Numbered from the stretch's first letter, positions 19,579 to 29,469 are shown. The stretch is DNA of 64,000 nt from Bacteroidetes bacterium MED-G21 (GCA_002457305.1 NTKG01000001.1:1191-65190); one strand, 5' to 3'. Made by a program: numbers and translations. The notes: generated by a model not told the origin, from the letters alone.

Positions 19579-20079
19579 TTGATTACTTTGGCCTGGAATG
19601 TTCTTTATACAAAGACAAGAAATGAAAAGAAAGTTTTTGAGAGGCTTACTAATATTGGTGTTGATGCCTATTGTCCTTGTCAAAGAACATTGAAACAGTG
19701 GTCTGATAGAAAAAAGTGGGTGGATGAGCCTGTTTTTAAATCTTATCTTTTTGTTAAGATACCTGATTCCGAATCACAGAAGCTCGAGATTCTTAGCACA
19801 CCAGGAGTGGTTAGATTTCTTTATTGGCTTGGTCAACCAGCTCAAGTGAGACAAGGTGAAATAGATACAATACGAAGCTTTTTAGGTGAATATCAATCTG
19901 TTGAAAGCATTTCCTTTGATGCTGGCTTAAAACTTAATGTTAAACAAGGCGTACTTAAGGGTTCGGAAGGTGTTGTTCTTTATCAAACAAAGAATGAGGT
20001 GGTTTTAAGAGTGGAGAAGTTAGGGATGTCTTTGGTGGCAAGATTACCAAAGGTTAGTGTAGAGAGTTTAAAATTATAA
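19579..20079 (+). CDS. UpxY-family (NusG-like) transcription antiterminator
   Basis: WNVLYTKTRNEKKVFERL NGN-domain start and a KOW-like C-terminus (GSEGVVLYQTKNEVVLRVEKLG). TTG start at 19579 or 19588. Confidence 0.8.
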   Translation: MITLAWNVLYTKTRNEKKVFERLTNIGVDAYCPCQRTLKQWSDRKKWVDEPVFKSYLFVKIPDSESQKLEILSTPGVVRFLYWLGQPAQVRQGEIDTIRSFLGEYQSVESISFDAGLKLNVKQGVLKGSEGVVLYQTKNEVVLRVEKLGMSLVARLPKVSVESLKL

Positions 20080-20409
20080 GACCTCTCTTATCGCTACCAG
20101 TTGTACTCGGATATCTTTAAGCTGATTTATAATTTCTATATTTTTTATTGTATCCTCTTTGTTTTCTCGTAGTTTTTTCTTTGCACCATCTAATGTATAG
20201 CCTCTTTCTTTAACAAGATTAAAGATGATCTTAAAATTATTAATGTCTTTTTCAGTGAAATAGCGGTTTCCTTTTTTATTCTTTTTTGGTTTTATGATAC
20301 TGAATTCTTTTTCCCAAAAGCGAATTAAAGAGTTGTTTACATCAAACATGGCTGCAACCTCTCCTATAGAATAGTATATTTTTTTGATTGTTTTCTCTTT
20401 TAAAGGCAT
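20074..20409 (-). CDS. MerR-family HTH transcriptional regulator
   Basis: YYSIGEVAAMFDVNNSLIRFWEKEF helix-turn-helix, 111 aa. Its 3' end overlaps the upxY-like gene convergently by 6 nt. Confidence 0.8.
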   Translation of the reverse strand: MPLKEKTIKKIYYSIGEVAAMFDVNNSLIRFWEKEFSIIKPKKNKKGNRYFTEKDINNFKIIFNLVKERGYTLDGAKKKLRENKEDTIKNIEIINQLKDIRVQLVAIREVL

Positions 20410-20418
20410 CCCTCTAAT

Positions 20419-21390
20419 TTAGTCAAAAGATTGATTTTCTTGAGAAGCTAGCTCTAACATTTTATCATATTCTTCTACTGTTAAATCATTGAAGTAATAA
20501 TTTACAGGATTAACTCTTTTTTTATCCTTTACTACTTCATAGTGAAGGTGAGGCGCAGTAGATGTTCCAGAGTTACCAACGTATCCGATTAAATCGCCGC
20601 GTTTAACTTTTTGATTGCGTTTAACGGTGTACTTGTTAAGGTGTGCATAGAAAGTTTCATAACCATAACCATGATCTATGCGTACTTGATTTCCGTAGCC
20701 TCTTTTTGATCTTTTTGCTTTTTTAATTGTTCCATTTCCTGTAGCGAAAACTGGCGTGCCTTTTGGTGCGGAGAAATCCATGCCCCAGTGCATTTTACGT
20801 GTTTTATAAATGGGGTGAATACGATATCCATAGCCCGAGGCCATTCGTTTTAAATTTTTGTTGGCTACTGGTTGAATAGCAGGGATATGAGCCAACATCT
20901 CTTCTTTATTTTGAACCATTTCCAGTACATCATCAAAAGATTTAGATTGGACATAAATGGCTTTTGATAACTGGTCAACTTTTCGGTTTAAATCACTAAT
21001 CAGATCTGAATGTTCAAATCCTTCGTATTTTTTATATCTATTAATACCTCCAAACCCAGCCTTTCTTATACTTGCATCTATAGGGTCGGCTTCAAAAATG
21101 ACCCGGTAAATATTGTCATCTCTTTCTTGAAGTTCGTCTAAAATTTTAGAAGAATTTGAAATTTGTTGTTCTAGTAATTCGTATTGAACAAGAAGATTGT
21201 TTATTTCTCTTTTTAATTCTTTTTCTTTGGGTGAGTCAAATAAAGTAAAAAATAGTAAAACGAGACATAAGGCAATAGCCGAAGAACTAGTTATAAACAA
21301 AAGAATACTTTTAAGCACACCTAACTTAGAACGCTCAATTTTTTTATAAGAAAGTGTTTTAGTATCGTAATAATATTTGACCTTGGCCAT
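20419..21390 (-). CDS. M23-family metallopeptidase (EnvC/NlpD-like) with N-terminal TM and coiled coil
   Basis: HWGMDFSAPKGTPV...GNSGTSTAPHLHYEV catalytic motifs. Confidence 0.9.
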   Translation of the reverse strand: MAKVKYYYDTKTLSYKKIERSKLGVLKSILLFITSSSAIALCLVLLFFTLFDSPKEKELKREINNLLVQYELLEQQISNSSKILDELQERDDNIYRVIFEADPIDASIRKAGFGGINRYKKYEGFEHSDLISDLNRKVDQLSKAIYVQSKSFDDVLEMVQNKEEMLAHIPAIQPVANKNLKRMASGYGYRIHPIYKTRKMHWGMDFSAPKGTPVFATGNGTIKKAKRSKRGYGNQVRIDHGYGYETFYAHLNKYTVKRNQKVKRGDLIGYVGNSGTSTAPHLHYEVVKDKKRVNPVNYYFNDLTVEEYDKMLELASQENQSFD

Positions 21391-21407
21391 AAGCTGTAAA
21401 ATTTGGC

Positions 21408-21415
21408 TAAATTTG
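21408..21415 (+). promoter_or_regulatory. -7 box TAAATTTG (alaS)
   Basis: Exact TAnnTTTG. It would give a ~115-nt leader. Confidence 0.3.
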
Positions 21416-21532
21416 TATTCATTATTTAGCTCAATATGGCCGCAATTTAAGAAAATCTTAATTAAAGGTCTTTTTTAAAGCAAATGAGAGAGAGGATTAA
21501 AACGACATATACATTAGATATTACCCCTAGTT

Positions 21533-24127
21533 ATGAAGTCTCAACAAATACGTCAGAAGTTTTTAGACTTTTTTAAAGATAAAGGTCATTCGGTTGTTAG
21601 TTCGGCACCGATTGTTATAAAAAATGATCCGACTTTAATGTTTACCAATGCCGGAATGAATCAATTTAAAGATTTATTTCTTGGTATTAGTGAGGTTAAA
21701 GATGCTCGTGTGGTAAACAGTCAAAAGTGTTTGCGTGTTTCTGGGAAACATAACGACCTTGAAGAGGTAGGTCATGATACCTATCATCATACTATGTTTG
21801 AAATGTTGGGTAACTGGTCTTTTGGAGATTATTTCAAAAAAGAAGCTATCGATTGGGCTTGGGAATTGTTAACTGATGTCTATGGTATTGATAAAGATCG
21901 GTTGTATGTAACTGTTTTTGAAGGTGCAAAAGAAGATCAGCTTGAGAAAGATCAAGAAGCTTACGATTGTTGGAAAGCTCATGTTTCTGAAGACCGTATT
22001 TTAAACGGAAATAAAAAAGATAATTTTTGGGAAATGGGTGATGTTGGACCTTGTGGCCCTTGTTCGGAAATTCATATTGATTTGCGACCAGATGAAGATC
22101 GGGCAAAAGTGGATGCAAGAACATTAGTAAATTACGACCATCCGCAAGTTGTTGAGGTATGGAATTTGGTTTTCATGCAGTACAATAGAAAGTCGAATGG
22201 AAGTCTTGAGAATTTACCAAATACACATGTAGATACTGGAATGGGATTTGAGCGTTTGGCTATGGCGCTTCAAGGAAAACAATCTAATTACGATACAGAT
22301 GTTTTTACTCCTTTAATTGACAAAGTCTGTTCCATTACAGGTTTTCAATATGGTAAAGATGAGAAGGTTGATATTACTTTGCGCGTGGTTTCAGATCATG
22401 TGAGAGCAATTGCTTTTGCAGTTGCCGATGGCCAATTGCCATCAAATAATGGTGCGGGATATGTGATTCGAAGGATTTTGCGTAGAGCTGTTCGATATGG
22501 CTTTACTTTTTTAAATGTAAAAGGCCCTTTTATGTACCAACTTGTTGAAGTATTGGTGGATCAGATGGGTGTATTTTTTCCAGAAATTAAAAAACAACAA
22601 ACTCTGGTAGAGAAAGTTATTCAGGAAGAAGAACAGTCATTCATGCGCACTTTAGAAAACGGTTTAAAGCGTATTGATGACATCATGAATGCTTCCAAAG
22701 AGACGGTAGTAGAAGGCGCTAAAGCATTTGAGTTATATGATACGTTTGGATTCCCGATAGATTTAACGGCTTTAATTCTTTCTGAGAATGGTAAGGAAGT
22801 TGACATGGAAGGTTTTGATGTTGAAATGAAAAAGCAAAAAGAGCGTGCTCGTGCTGCATCTGTTGTTGAAACTGAGGATTGGGTTAACTTGTTTGAAACG
22901 GAAACAGTATTTTTAGGGTACGATCAATTATCGACTGACATTAAGATCAGTCAGTACAGAAAAGTAAAGCAAAAAGGGAAATCGTTCTATCAATTGGTAT
23001 TCGATAAAACGCCTTTTTATGCTGAAGGTGGAGGTCAAGTAGGGGACAAAGGAACCATTACTTGTAATGGCAAGAGTATATCCATTTTTAATACAAAGAA
23101 GGAGAACAATCTCATTGTTCATTTTACGACAGAGCTACCTGAAAATCCATCCGATGTATTTTTAGCAGAGGTTGATGCCCCCAAAAGATTACTCACAGAA
23201 AACAACCATACTTCAACGCATTTGTTACACGAGGCTTTAAGAACTATTTTAGGAACCCATGTCGAACAAAAAGGATCATTGGTAAACGATCAATATTTGC
23301 GATTTGACTTTTCTCATTTCTCTAAAATGACTGAAGAAGAAGTTCAGCAAGTTGAAGTAATTGTGAATGCTAAAATACGAGAGAATATAGCTTTAAATGA
23401 AAAGCGTTCTGTTCCAATGAGTGAAGCTGAGCAGATGGGTGCCATGATGCTTTTCGGAGAAAAGTATGGTGATGCGGTTCGCGTTATTCAATTTGGCAGT
23501 TCTGTAGAACTTTGTGGTGGCTGTCATGTGCCATCAACAGGTCAGATAGGTGTTTTTAAAATATCATCAGAAGCTGGGGTTGCAGCTGGTATAAGACGTA
23601 TTGAAGCCATTACTTCGGAAGTGGCTTTTGAATATTATAAAAAACAAGAAGAAACATTAAATACACTTCGATCCTTATTGAAAAACTCAAATGATCCGGT
23701 AAAAGGTGTTGAAAGTTTGATAAAAGATAAGGCAGAACTGGAAAAGAAGGTCGGTGTGCTTGTTGCCGAAAAGGCAAAAGGATTGAAAGCTGAGTTGCTC
23801 CAGTCTGCTATTGAAATAAACGGTATTAATTTTATAGGGGCACTTGTAGATTTGGAACCTGCATCGATGAAAGATCTTTCTTTTGCTTGCAAAAAAGAAT
23901 TAGGCAATCTTGTGATGGTGTTAGGGGCAAAGAATAATGGTAAAGCAAATTTAAGTGTGGCTGTTTCAGATGATCTTACTGAACATTTAAATGCCGGAGC
24001 CATTATTCGTGAAATTTCAAAAGAAATTCAAGGAGGCGGTGGTGGTCAGGCCTTTTTTGCCACAGCCGGCGGTAAAAACCCTGAAGGACTCAAAGATGCT
24101 ATTGAGAAAGCAAAGACGCTTTTATAG
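21533..24127 (+). CDS. alaS: Alanine--tRNA ligase
   Basis: [28 protein letters not shown], editing-domain [11 protein letters not shown] and CGGCHV, C-terminal DHHA1-like [14 protein letters not shown]. Confidence 0.98.
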   Translation: MKSQQIRQKFLDFFKDKGHSVVSSAPIVIKNDPTLMFTNAGMNQFKDLFLGISEVKDARVVNSQKCLRVSGKHNDLEEVGHDTYHHTMFEMLGNWSFGDYFKKEAIDWAWELLTDVYGIDKDRLYVTVFEGAKEDQLEKDQEAYDCWKAHVSEDRILNGNKKDNFWEMGDVGPCGPCSEIHIDLRPDEDRAKVDARTLVNYDHPQVVEVWNLVFMQYNRKSNGSLENLPNTHVDTGMGFERLAMALQGKQSNYDTDVFTPLIDKVCSITGFQYGKDEKVDITLRVVSDHVRAIAFAVADGQLPSNNGAGYVIRRILRRAVRYGFTFLNVKGPFMYQLVEVLVDQMGVFFPEIKKQQTLVEKVIQEEEQSFMRTLENGLKRIDDIMNASKETVVEGAKAFELYDTFGFPIDLTALILSENGKEVDMEGFDVEMKKQKERARAASVVETEDWVNLFETETVFLGYDQLSTDIKISQYRKVKQKGKSFYQLVFDKTPFYAEGGGQVGDKGTITCNGKSISIFNTKKENNLIVHFTTELPENPSDVFLAEVDAPKRLLTENNHTSTHLLHEALRTILGTHVEQKGSLVNDQYLRFDFSHFSKMTEEEVQQVEVIVNAKIRENIALNEKRSVPMSEAEQMGAMMLFGEKYGDAVRVIQFGSSVELCGGCHVPSTGQIGVFKISSEAGVAAGIRRIEAITSEVAFEYYKKQEETLNTLRSLLKNSNDPVKGVESLIKDKAELEKKVGVLVAEKAKGLKAELLQSAIEINGINFIGALVDLEPASMKDLSFACKKELGNLVMVLGAKNNGKANLSVAVSDDLTEHLNAGAIIREISKEIQGGGGGQAFFATAGGKNPEGLKDAIEKAKTLL

Positions 24128-24130
24128 AAA

Positions 24131-24358
24131 TTAGTCTCTTGCGTTTTTTATTACCTCTTTAGCTGCCTCAACATCTTTTTTTGCGACAAACACTCGAACA
24201 GAATTTTCTGATCCTGGACTCACCCAACCGGCAATAATACTGTTTTGGTAATCATCTTTTACCATACATTTTATATTGTTTTCGTCTAAAACGTTTGCTA
24301 CAAACTGAGCGTTAAGGAAAGAGCCGGAGTAGATGTGTATGAGTTCGTCAGCAGCCAT
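24131..24358 (-). CDS. DUF2007-like small protein (putative signal-transducing fold)
   Basis: 75 aa, pattern IYSGSFLNAQFVANVLDENNIKCMVKD. Lies 11 nt downstream of hutU on the same strand. Confidence 0.55.
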   Translation of the reverse strand: MAADELIHIYSGSFLNAQFVANVLDENNIKCMVKDDYQNSIIAGWVSPGSENSVRVFVAKKDVEAAKEVIKNARD

Positions 24359-24369
24359 ATGTTTTGGGT

Positions 24370-26379
24370 TTAGTATATTGAATCAATTAATTCGTCATCT
24401 GTAGTGTTAGGAAGTGTTACTTTTAATAGTGGTTCATGTTCCATAGCACGTTTTATGGCAAAGACTGCCTCCTCATTTCTCGCCCAGCTTCTTCTCGAAA
24501 TACCATTATTCACATCCCAGAACAACATAGATCGTAGCTTTTTGTCTGCCGCTTCTGTGCCATCTAGCAGCATTCCAAATCCGCCGTTAATTACTTCTCC
24601 CCAGCCAACGCCACCACCATTGTGAATAGAGACCCAGGTTGCACCTCTAAAGCTGTCGCCAATAACATTATGGATGGCCATATCTGCAGTGAATTTAGAA
24701 CCATCATAAATGTTAGATGTTTCCCGGTATGGAGAATCGGTACCTGATACATCGTGGTGGTCGCGACCTAAAATGACTGGACCAATTTCGCCTTTATTGA
24801 TGGCCTCATTAAATGCAGCTGCAATTTTAATACGTCCTTCGGCATCTGCATAAAGGATACGCGCCTGAGATCCAACTACCAATTTGTTTTCTTGTGCACC
24901 TTTAATCCATTGGATGTTGTCGGCCATTTGTTGCTGGATGTCTACAGGTGAATTTTGCATGATATCTTCGAGAACTTTACAAGCAATCTGATCTGTCTTT
25001 AATAAATCTTCAGGTTTTCCTGAAGCACAAACCCATCGGAAAGGCCCAAACCCATAATCAAAGCACATCGGACCCATGATGTCTTGAACGTATGATGGGT
25101 AGCGAAAGTTAATTCCATCTTCAGCCATCACATCAGCCCCTGCTCGAGATGCTTCAAGTAAGAAGGCATTTCCATAGTCGAAGAAGTATGTTCCTTTTGC
25201 GGTGTGTTGGTTTACTGCAGTTGCATGACGGCGGAGGGTGTCTTGAATTTTTTCTTTAAATTCCGCCGGATTATTTGACATCATGTCGTTTGCTTCTTCA
25301 AAGCTTAGACCTAAAGGGTAATATCCTCCTGCCCATGGGTTGTGTAATGATGATTGATCAGAACCCAAGTCGATATAGATATTTTCTTTGTAAAATTTTT
25401 CCCACACATCAACCACATTACCCTGGTAGGCAATGGAAACTACTTCTTTGTCTTTTTTTGCTTTTTGAACTCGTACACATAATTCGTCTAAATCTGAGAT
25501 GACTTCATCTACCCAGCCTTGAGAATGTCTTGTGTGAATGGCTTTTGGATTGATTTCGGCGGTTACCGAAATGCAACCTGCAATATTTCCAGCTTTTGGT
25601 TGTGCGCCACTCATGCCTCCCAGCCCTGCTGTAAGGAATAACTTTCCTGACAGTCCTTCGCCCGCTTTCGAAATTTTTCTACCGCCATTTAGTAGTGTGA
25701 TGGTGGTGCCATGAACAATGCCTTGTGGACCTATGTACATATATGAACCTGCAGTCATTTGTCCATATTGACTTACGCCTAAAGCATTAAATTTCTCCCA
25801 GTCATCTGGTTTAGAGTAGTTTGGAATCACCATACCATTGGTAACAATTACCCTAGGTGCATCTTTATGTGATGGGAATAAACCCATGGGATGACCAGAG
25901 TACATGGCCAGTGTTTGCTCATCAGTCATCTCTGCTAAATATTTCATGCAAAGACGGTATTGGGCCCAGTTTTGGAAAACAGCTCCATTACCTCCATAGG
26001 TAATCAATTCATCAGGATGCTGAGCAACAGCATGATCTAAATTATTTTGTATCATCAACATAACCGCTTTTGCTTGTAGCGATTTGCCTGGGTATTCTTC
26101 TATATTGCGTGCATGCATTTTGTGTGTTGGCTTATAGCGCAACATGTAAATACGTCCGTAGTCTTCTAATTCTTGCGCAAATTCTGGGGCTAAAACGGCA
26201 TGATGTTTTTTAGGGAAGTAACGCAAGGCGTTTTTTAGAGCCAGTTTTTTTTCCTCTTTATTGAGGCTGTCTTTGCGTTTCGGTGCGTGATTTAAATTAG
26301 TGTTGAATTCATATGCTGGAGGCAATTCGTTTGGAATACCTTCCATCAATTCATGTTTAAACGCTTTTAAAGTCATCAT
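24370..26379 (-). CDS. hutU: Urocanate hydratase (long ~670-aa form)
   Basis: ITYGGNGAVFQNW, GQMTAGSYMYIGPQGIVHGT, GLGGMSGAQPKA and the C-terminal GGGVGWGE motifs. Confidence 0.96.
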   Translation of the reverse strand: MMTLKAFKHELMEGIPNELPPAYEFNTNLNHAPKRKDSLNKEEKKLALKNALRYFPKKHHAVLAPEFAQELEDYGRIYMLRYKPTHKMHARNIEEYPGKSLQAKAVMLMIQNNLDHAVAQHPDELITYGGNGAVFQNWAQYRLCMKYLAEMTDEQTLAMYSGHPMGLFPSHKDAPRVIVTNGMVIPNYSKPDDWEKFNALGVSQYGQMTAGSYMYIGPQGIVHGTTITLLNGGRKISKAGEGLSGKLFLTAGLGGMSGAQPKAGNIAGCISVTAEINPKAIHTRHSQGWVDEVISDLDELCVRVQKAKKDKEVVSIAYQGNVVDVWEKFYKENIYIDLGSDQSSLHNPWAGGYYPLGLSFEEANDMMSNNPAEFKEKIQDTLRRHATAVNQHTAKGTYFFDYGNAFLLEASRAGADVMAEDGINFRYPSYVQDIMGPMCFDYGFGPFRWVCASGKPEDLLKTDQIACKVLEDIMQNSPVDIQQQMADNIQWIKGAQENKLVVGSQARILYADAEGRIKIAAAFNEAINKGEIGPVILGRDHHDVSGTDSPYRETSNIYDGSKFTADMAIHNVIGDSFRGATWVSIHNGGGVGWGEVINGGFGMLLDGTEAADKKLRSMLFWDVNNGISRRSWARNEEAVFAIKRAMEHEPLLKVTLPNTTDDELIDSIY

Positions 26380-26567
26380 TATTCTTGGTTCTTCTTAATT
26401 GAAGTTTTCACTTTATTAAACCCATAAGGGCAGTGCTTACAACTGTTTTGACAGCAATAGCCTCTTTTTAAATGGTACTTTTCTGTATAAACAATATAAC
26501 CATCTTCCGAATGATAATAATCTTCCGGGTCTAAATTTCTAAATTGAGAAAAGTAACCTGATTCCAT
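26379..26567 (-). CDS. DUF5522-like Cys-rich small protein
   Basis: EDGYIVYTEKYHLKRGYCCQNSCKHCPY. ATG at 26567 is preferred over the TTG at 26576 because a -7 box covers 26574-26581. Its stop overlaps the hutU ATG (ATGA). Confidence 0.6.
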   Translation of the reverse strand: MESGYFSQFRNLDPEDYYHSEDGYIVYTEKYHLKRGYCCQNSCKHCPYGFNKVKTSIKKNQE

Positions 26568-26573
26568 AAACAA

Positions 26574-26581
26574 CAAATTTA
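26574..26581 (-). promoter_or_regulatory. -7 box TAAATTTG (minus strand) for the DUF5522-hutU operon
   Basis: CAAATTTA on the plus strand. The motif ends 6 nt from the ATG at 26567. Confidence 0.35.
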
Positions 26582-26594
26582 CGATTTTCCCTTG

Positions 26595-26602
26595 TATATT
26601 TG
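26595..26602 (+). promoter_or_regulatory. -7 box TATATTTG for the ACC-deaminase-family gene
   Basis: Exact TAnnTTTG ending 4 nt before the ATG at 26607. Confidence 0.35.
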
Positions 26603-26606
26603 GGGT

Positions 26607-27512
26607 ATGAATTTACCACTTAAGGTGCCACTTCAGAAAGTAACAGATTCACTCTTAGAAGAAAAGGGTCTAAATGTCTTTATAAAGCGCGAGGATCTTA
26701 TTCATGATCGAATATCGGGAAATAAATGGCGTAAATTGCATTACAATTTAGAAGAGGCAGCTGCAAAAAAATATGCCACCTTGCTGACATTTGGTGGAGC
26801 CCATTCCAATCATATTGCTGCAACAGCCTTCGCCGGAAAGCAATTTGGATTTCAAACCATTGGTCTTATTAGAGGCGAGGCAACTCAACCCTTAAATCCT
26901 ACCTTACAATATGCTGTAGAATGTGGTATGCAGTTGCGTTATGTGAGTCGTGAAGACTATCGAGATAAAACTTCTAAAGTATTTGCAGAAAAATACTTAT
27001 TAGATTTTAGCGATTGTTATATAATTCCTGAAGGCGGGACCAACTTGCTGGCAGTAAAAGGCTGCGAAGAAATATTAAGTGATGTAGAGATTGATTTTGA
27101 CTTTGTTTGTTGTGCTGTTGGAACGGGTGGCACCATTTCGGGACTTATTAATTCTTTGAAGCCACATCAAAGGGCTCTGGGTTTTCCTTCACTTAAAGGC
27201 GCTGATTTTTTGAACGAAGAGATTGCTAAGTATGTCAGTAATTCACAGTGGACTTTAAATCTAGACCATCATTTTGGGGGCTATGCTAAGGTAAATAGTG
27301 CATTAATTGACTTTATAAATTATTTTAAGACAACACATCATATTCCTTTGGATCCGGTTTACACAGGAAAGATGTTGTTTGGCTTGTGGGACTTAATTGA
27401 AAAAGACTATTTTCGTAGAGGTTCTACCATCATTGCCATTCATACTGGAGGACTTCAGGGTATAGAGGGTATGAACCAACGAATCAAAAACAAAGGATTA
27501 CAGATTTTATGA
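26607..27512 (+). CDS. PLP-dependent 1-aminocyclopropane-1-carboxylate deaminase / D-cysteine desulfhydrase family protein
   Basis: ISGNKWRKL (PLP lysine), FGGAHSNH, CAVGTGGTISG glycine loop. The ORF track starts at 26592 (TTG), but ATG 26607 fits the promoter box better. Confidence 0.85.
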   Translation: MNLPLKVPLQKVTDSLLEEKGLNVFIKREDLIHDRISGNKWRKLHYNLEEAAAKKYATLLTFGGAHSNHIAATAFAGKQFGFQTIGLIRGEATQPLNPTLQYAVECGMQLRYVSREDYRDKTSKVFAEKYLLDFSDCYIIPEGGTNLLAVKGCEEILSDVEIDFDFVCCAVGTGGTISGLINSLKPHQRALGFPSLKGADFLNEEIAKYVSNSQWTLNLDHHFGGYAKVNSALIDFINYFKTTHHIPLDPVYTGKMLFGLWDLIEKDYFRRGSTIIAIHTGGLQGIEGMNQRIKNKGLQIL

Positions 27513-28405
27513 GAACGCTAGTTTACCTGTTTATTGCTTTAGGTTCTATATCTGTTGTGGCTCAAGAAGCCACTTCTGAGGATTACATTCGCAAGTACCA
27601 TAAAATTGCCATTGATGAGATGCATGCCTATGGGATTCCTGCCAGTATTACCCTGGCTCAGGGCATTTTAGAGTCTGGAAATGGAAATTCAGATTTGGCG
27701 CATAAATCAAAAAATCATTTTGGTATTAAGTGCCATAAAAACTGGTCTGGGCATAAAGTATACCACGATGATGACGCCAAAAATGAATGCTTTAGAAAAT
27801 ACAGAAAGGTGTCCGATTCGTATCGAGACCACTCTGAGTTTTTAAAAAATAGAGACCGCTACGCCTTTCTGTTTGATTACAAAATGACCGATTACAATGC
27901 TTGGGCAAAAGGCCTCAAAAAGGCGGGCTATGCAACACATCCAGAATATGCCGAAAAGCTCATTAATTTAATAGAGCGCTTTGATTTGGCTCAGTACGAT
28001 CAAGCCTCAAAATCGGGCAAGAGAAAGGTTAAAAAGCCAAAGCGCAGAGACCGAAAAGAAATCTTTAAAAGCGAGAACGGCTTAAAATATGTTTTGGCCG
28101 AAACCGCTGACACCTATGATATTATAGCTACAGAGCAAAGCCTTTGGATGTGGGAGTTGTTGGCCTTTAACGATCGCGAAAAAGACCAGCAGCTGGCTCA
28201 GGGCGATTTGGTGTATCTGGAAGTGAAAAAAAAGAAAGCCAAGACAGAATTTCATATCGTTAAAGAGGGTGAAACCCTGCATTTTATTTCTCAGCTTCAC
28301 GGTATTCAGCTGGCCAAGTTACAATATAAGAATCGGCTTAAAAAAGATCAAAATATTCAGGTCGGACAAAAGTTGTTTTTACGTAAACGAAAGCCTAGAA
28401 AATAG
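27509..28405 (+). CDS. Peptidoglycan N-acetylglucosaminidase-domain protein with C-terminal LysM
   Basis: GIPASITLAQGILESGNGNSDLA...NHFGIKC (FlgJ/glucosaminidase motif). C-terminal HIVKEGETLHFISQLHGIQLAKLQYKN LysM. Confidence 0.85.
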   Translation: MRTLVYLFIALGSISVVAQEATSEDYIRKYHKIAIDEMHAYGIPASITLAQGILESGNGNSDLAHKSKNHFGIKCHKNWSGHKVYHDDDAKNECFRKYRKVSDSYRDHSEFLKNRDRYAFLFDYKMTDYNAWAKGLKKAGYATHPEYAEKLINLIERFDLAQYDQASKSGKRKVKKPKRRDRKEIFKSENGLKYVLAETADTYDIIATEQSLWMWELLAFNDREKDQQLAQGDLVYLEVKKKKAKTEFHIVKEGETLHFISQLHGIQLAKLQYKNRLKKDQNIQVGQKLFLRKRKPRK

Positions 28406-28719
28406 AATTTTTTACAGAAGTCAACCTCTTTTTTTAAAAGTTCAATACCCTTATTTTTTCTGTAGACAAGTTCTACATATACTTCTGTTTTTTTAATACA
28501 ACATTATATTTATGCAAAAAATGAGTGATTTCACCTATTGACAAGCATACAAACAATCACCTACACTTGTTGTGAACTTTAAGCCAAAAAGTCTCTTTCT
28601 GAGCCTAACAAAGCGCCTGTGAGTGGACCGCTTAGTTCACCTTCCCATCTGCCTTCTCCATTTCAAATGAATCGTGCGCTCAAAAAGAGCAAACAGCTAA
28701 TTAAATACTTTAATATAAA

Positions 28720-29433
28720 ATGAATACAAAATTAAAATCAAGAAAGACAAAAAGTGAAAATATTTTTTGTAAAAACTATCAAGATAACGAATATTTGAAT
28801 ATTTTAAGGAAACCTTATTTAGCAATATTTTTGGCATCACTTACATTGTTTGTTTCTTGTTCTAAATATGATAATCATTTGATTGAATCTAATTCGATTG
28901 ATGAGTTAACTTTAAAGAATATTCATCATAATATTCAAATTGAACTGTCAAATTCAATTTTTTTTAGAAACCACCATAAGTCTATAGAAGAGTTAGATGC
29001 AGAAGAACTATATTTAAAAAATTTAGAATATATTAATAATCATACAATCGAAGAATTATTCATAAAAAACAATGTTGATACAGAAATTATTGCTGAGTTG
29101 GAATTTTATGAAAATAATAGTGATAACGAAAATGTTTATCAAGAACTTTTAAATAATTTCAATATTGATAGTGAGTTAGAAGCTACGGTTCTTTTAAGTA
29201 TCATAGAGGTTAAAAAATTGGTTGAACAAGAATTAGAGAACACAATAGAAACAACTATTTCAGAATCTCAAATGCAAAGAATTTCTTGGGGCTGTGGACT
29301 TGCAATAGCTGGGACTGTTGGAGCTACAATAGGATTTATTGGTGTCACTGGAGGTACAGGACTTCTATATGCATTGTCAATGAAAGCCCTTGCAACTGCG
29401 GCATTAGTTGATGCTTGTGGCGGAGGGGCTTAG
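28720..29433 (+). CDS. Lipoprotein with acidic helical region and C-terminal glycine-zipper hydrophobic tail (unknown function)
   Basis: Lipobox LTLFVSC (an alternative TTG start at 28795 would give MNILRKPYLAIFLASLTLFVSC). E/N/I-rich middle. Tail is WGCGLAIAGTVGATIGFIGVTGGTGLLYALSMKALATAALVDACGGGA. The gene is visibly AT-richer than its flanks. Confidence 0.6.
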   Translation: MNTKLKSRKTKSENIFCKNYQDNEYLNILRKPYLAIFLASLTLFVSCSKYDNHLIESNSIDELTLKNIHHNIQIELSNSIFFRNHHKSIEELDAEELYLKNLEYINNHTIEELFIKNNVDTEIIAELEFYENNSDNENVYQELLNNFNIDSELEATVLLSIIEVKKLVEQELENTIETTISESQMQRISWGCGLAIAGTVGATIGFIGVTGGTGLLYALSMKALATAALVDACGGGA

Positions 29434-29469
29434 AAAGTTTTGAATAAAAAAAAGTAAAATATTAAGATT

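Noticed and set aside
21846-24003. Four antisense ORFs within alaS, including a 122-aa one at 23635-24003.
   Set aside because: alaS is unambiguous across this span. The antisense ORFs are Ser/Phe/Ala-rich mirror products without start-context or motif support.
28269-28496. 75-aa ORF running across the stop of the glucosaminidase/LysM gene into the spacer.
   Set aside because: It overlaps the well-supported LysM region out of frame and continues through terminator-like sequence. It has no features.
28640-28670. Minus-strand AAGGCAGATG resembling the 3' side of SRP (4.5S) RNA domain IV.
   Set aside because: The obligatory GGUCC...GGAA...AGCAGC partner elements are absent or in the wrong order, so the match is judged a chance decamer.
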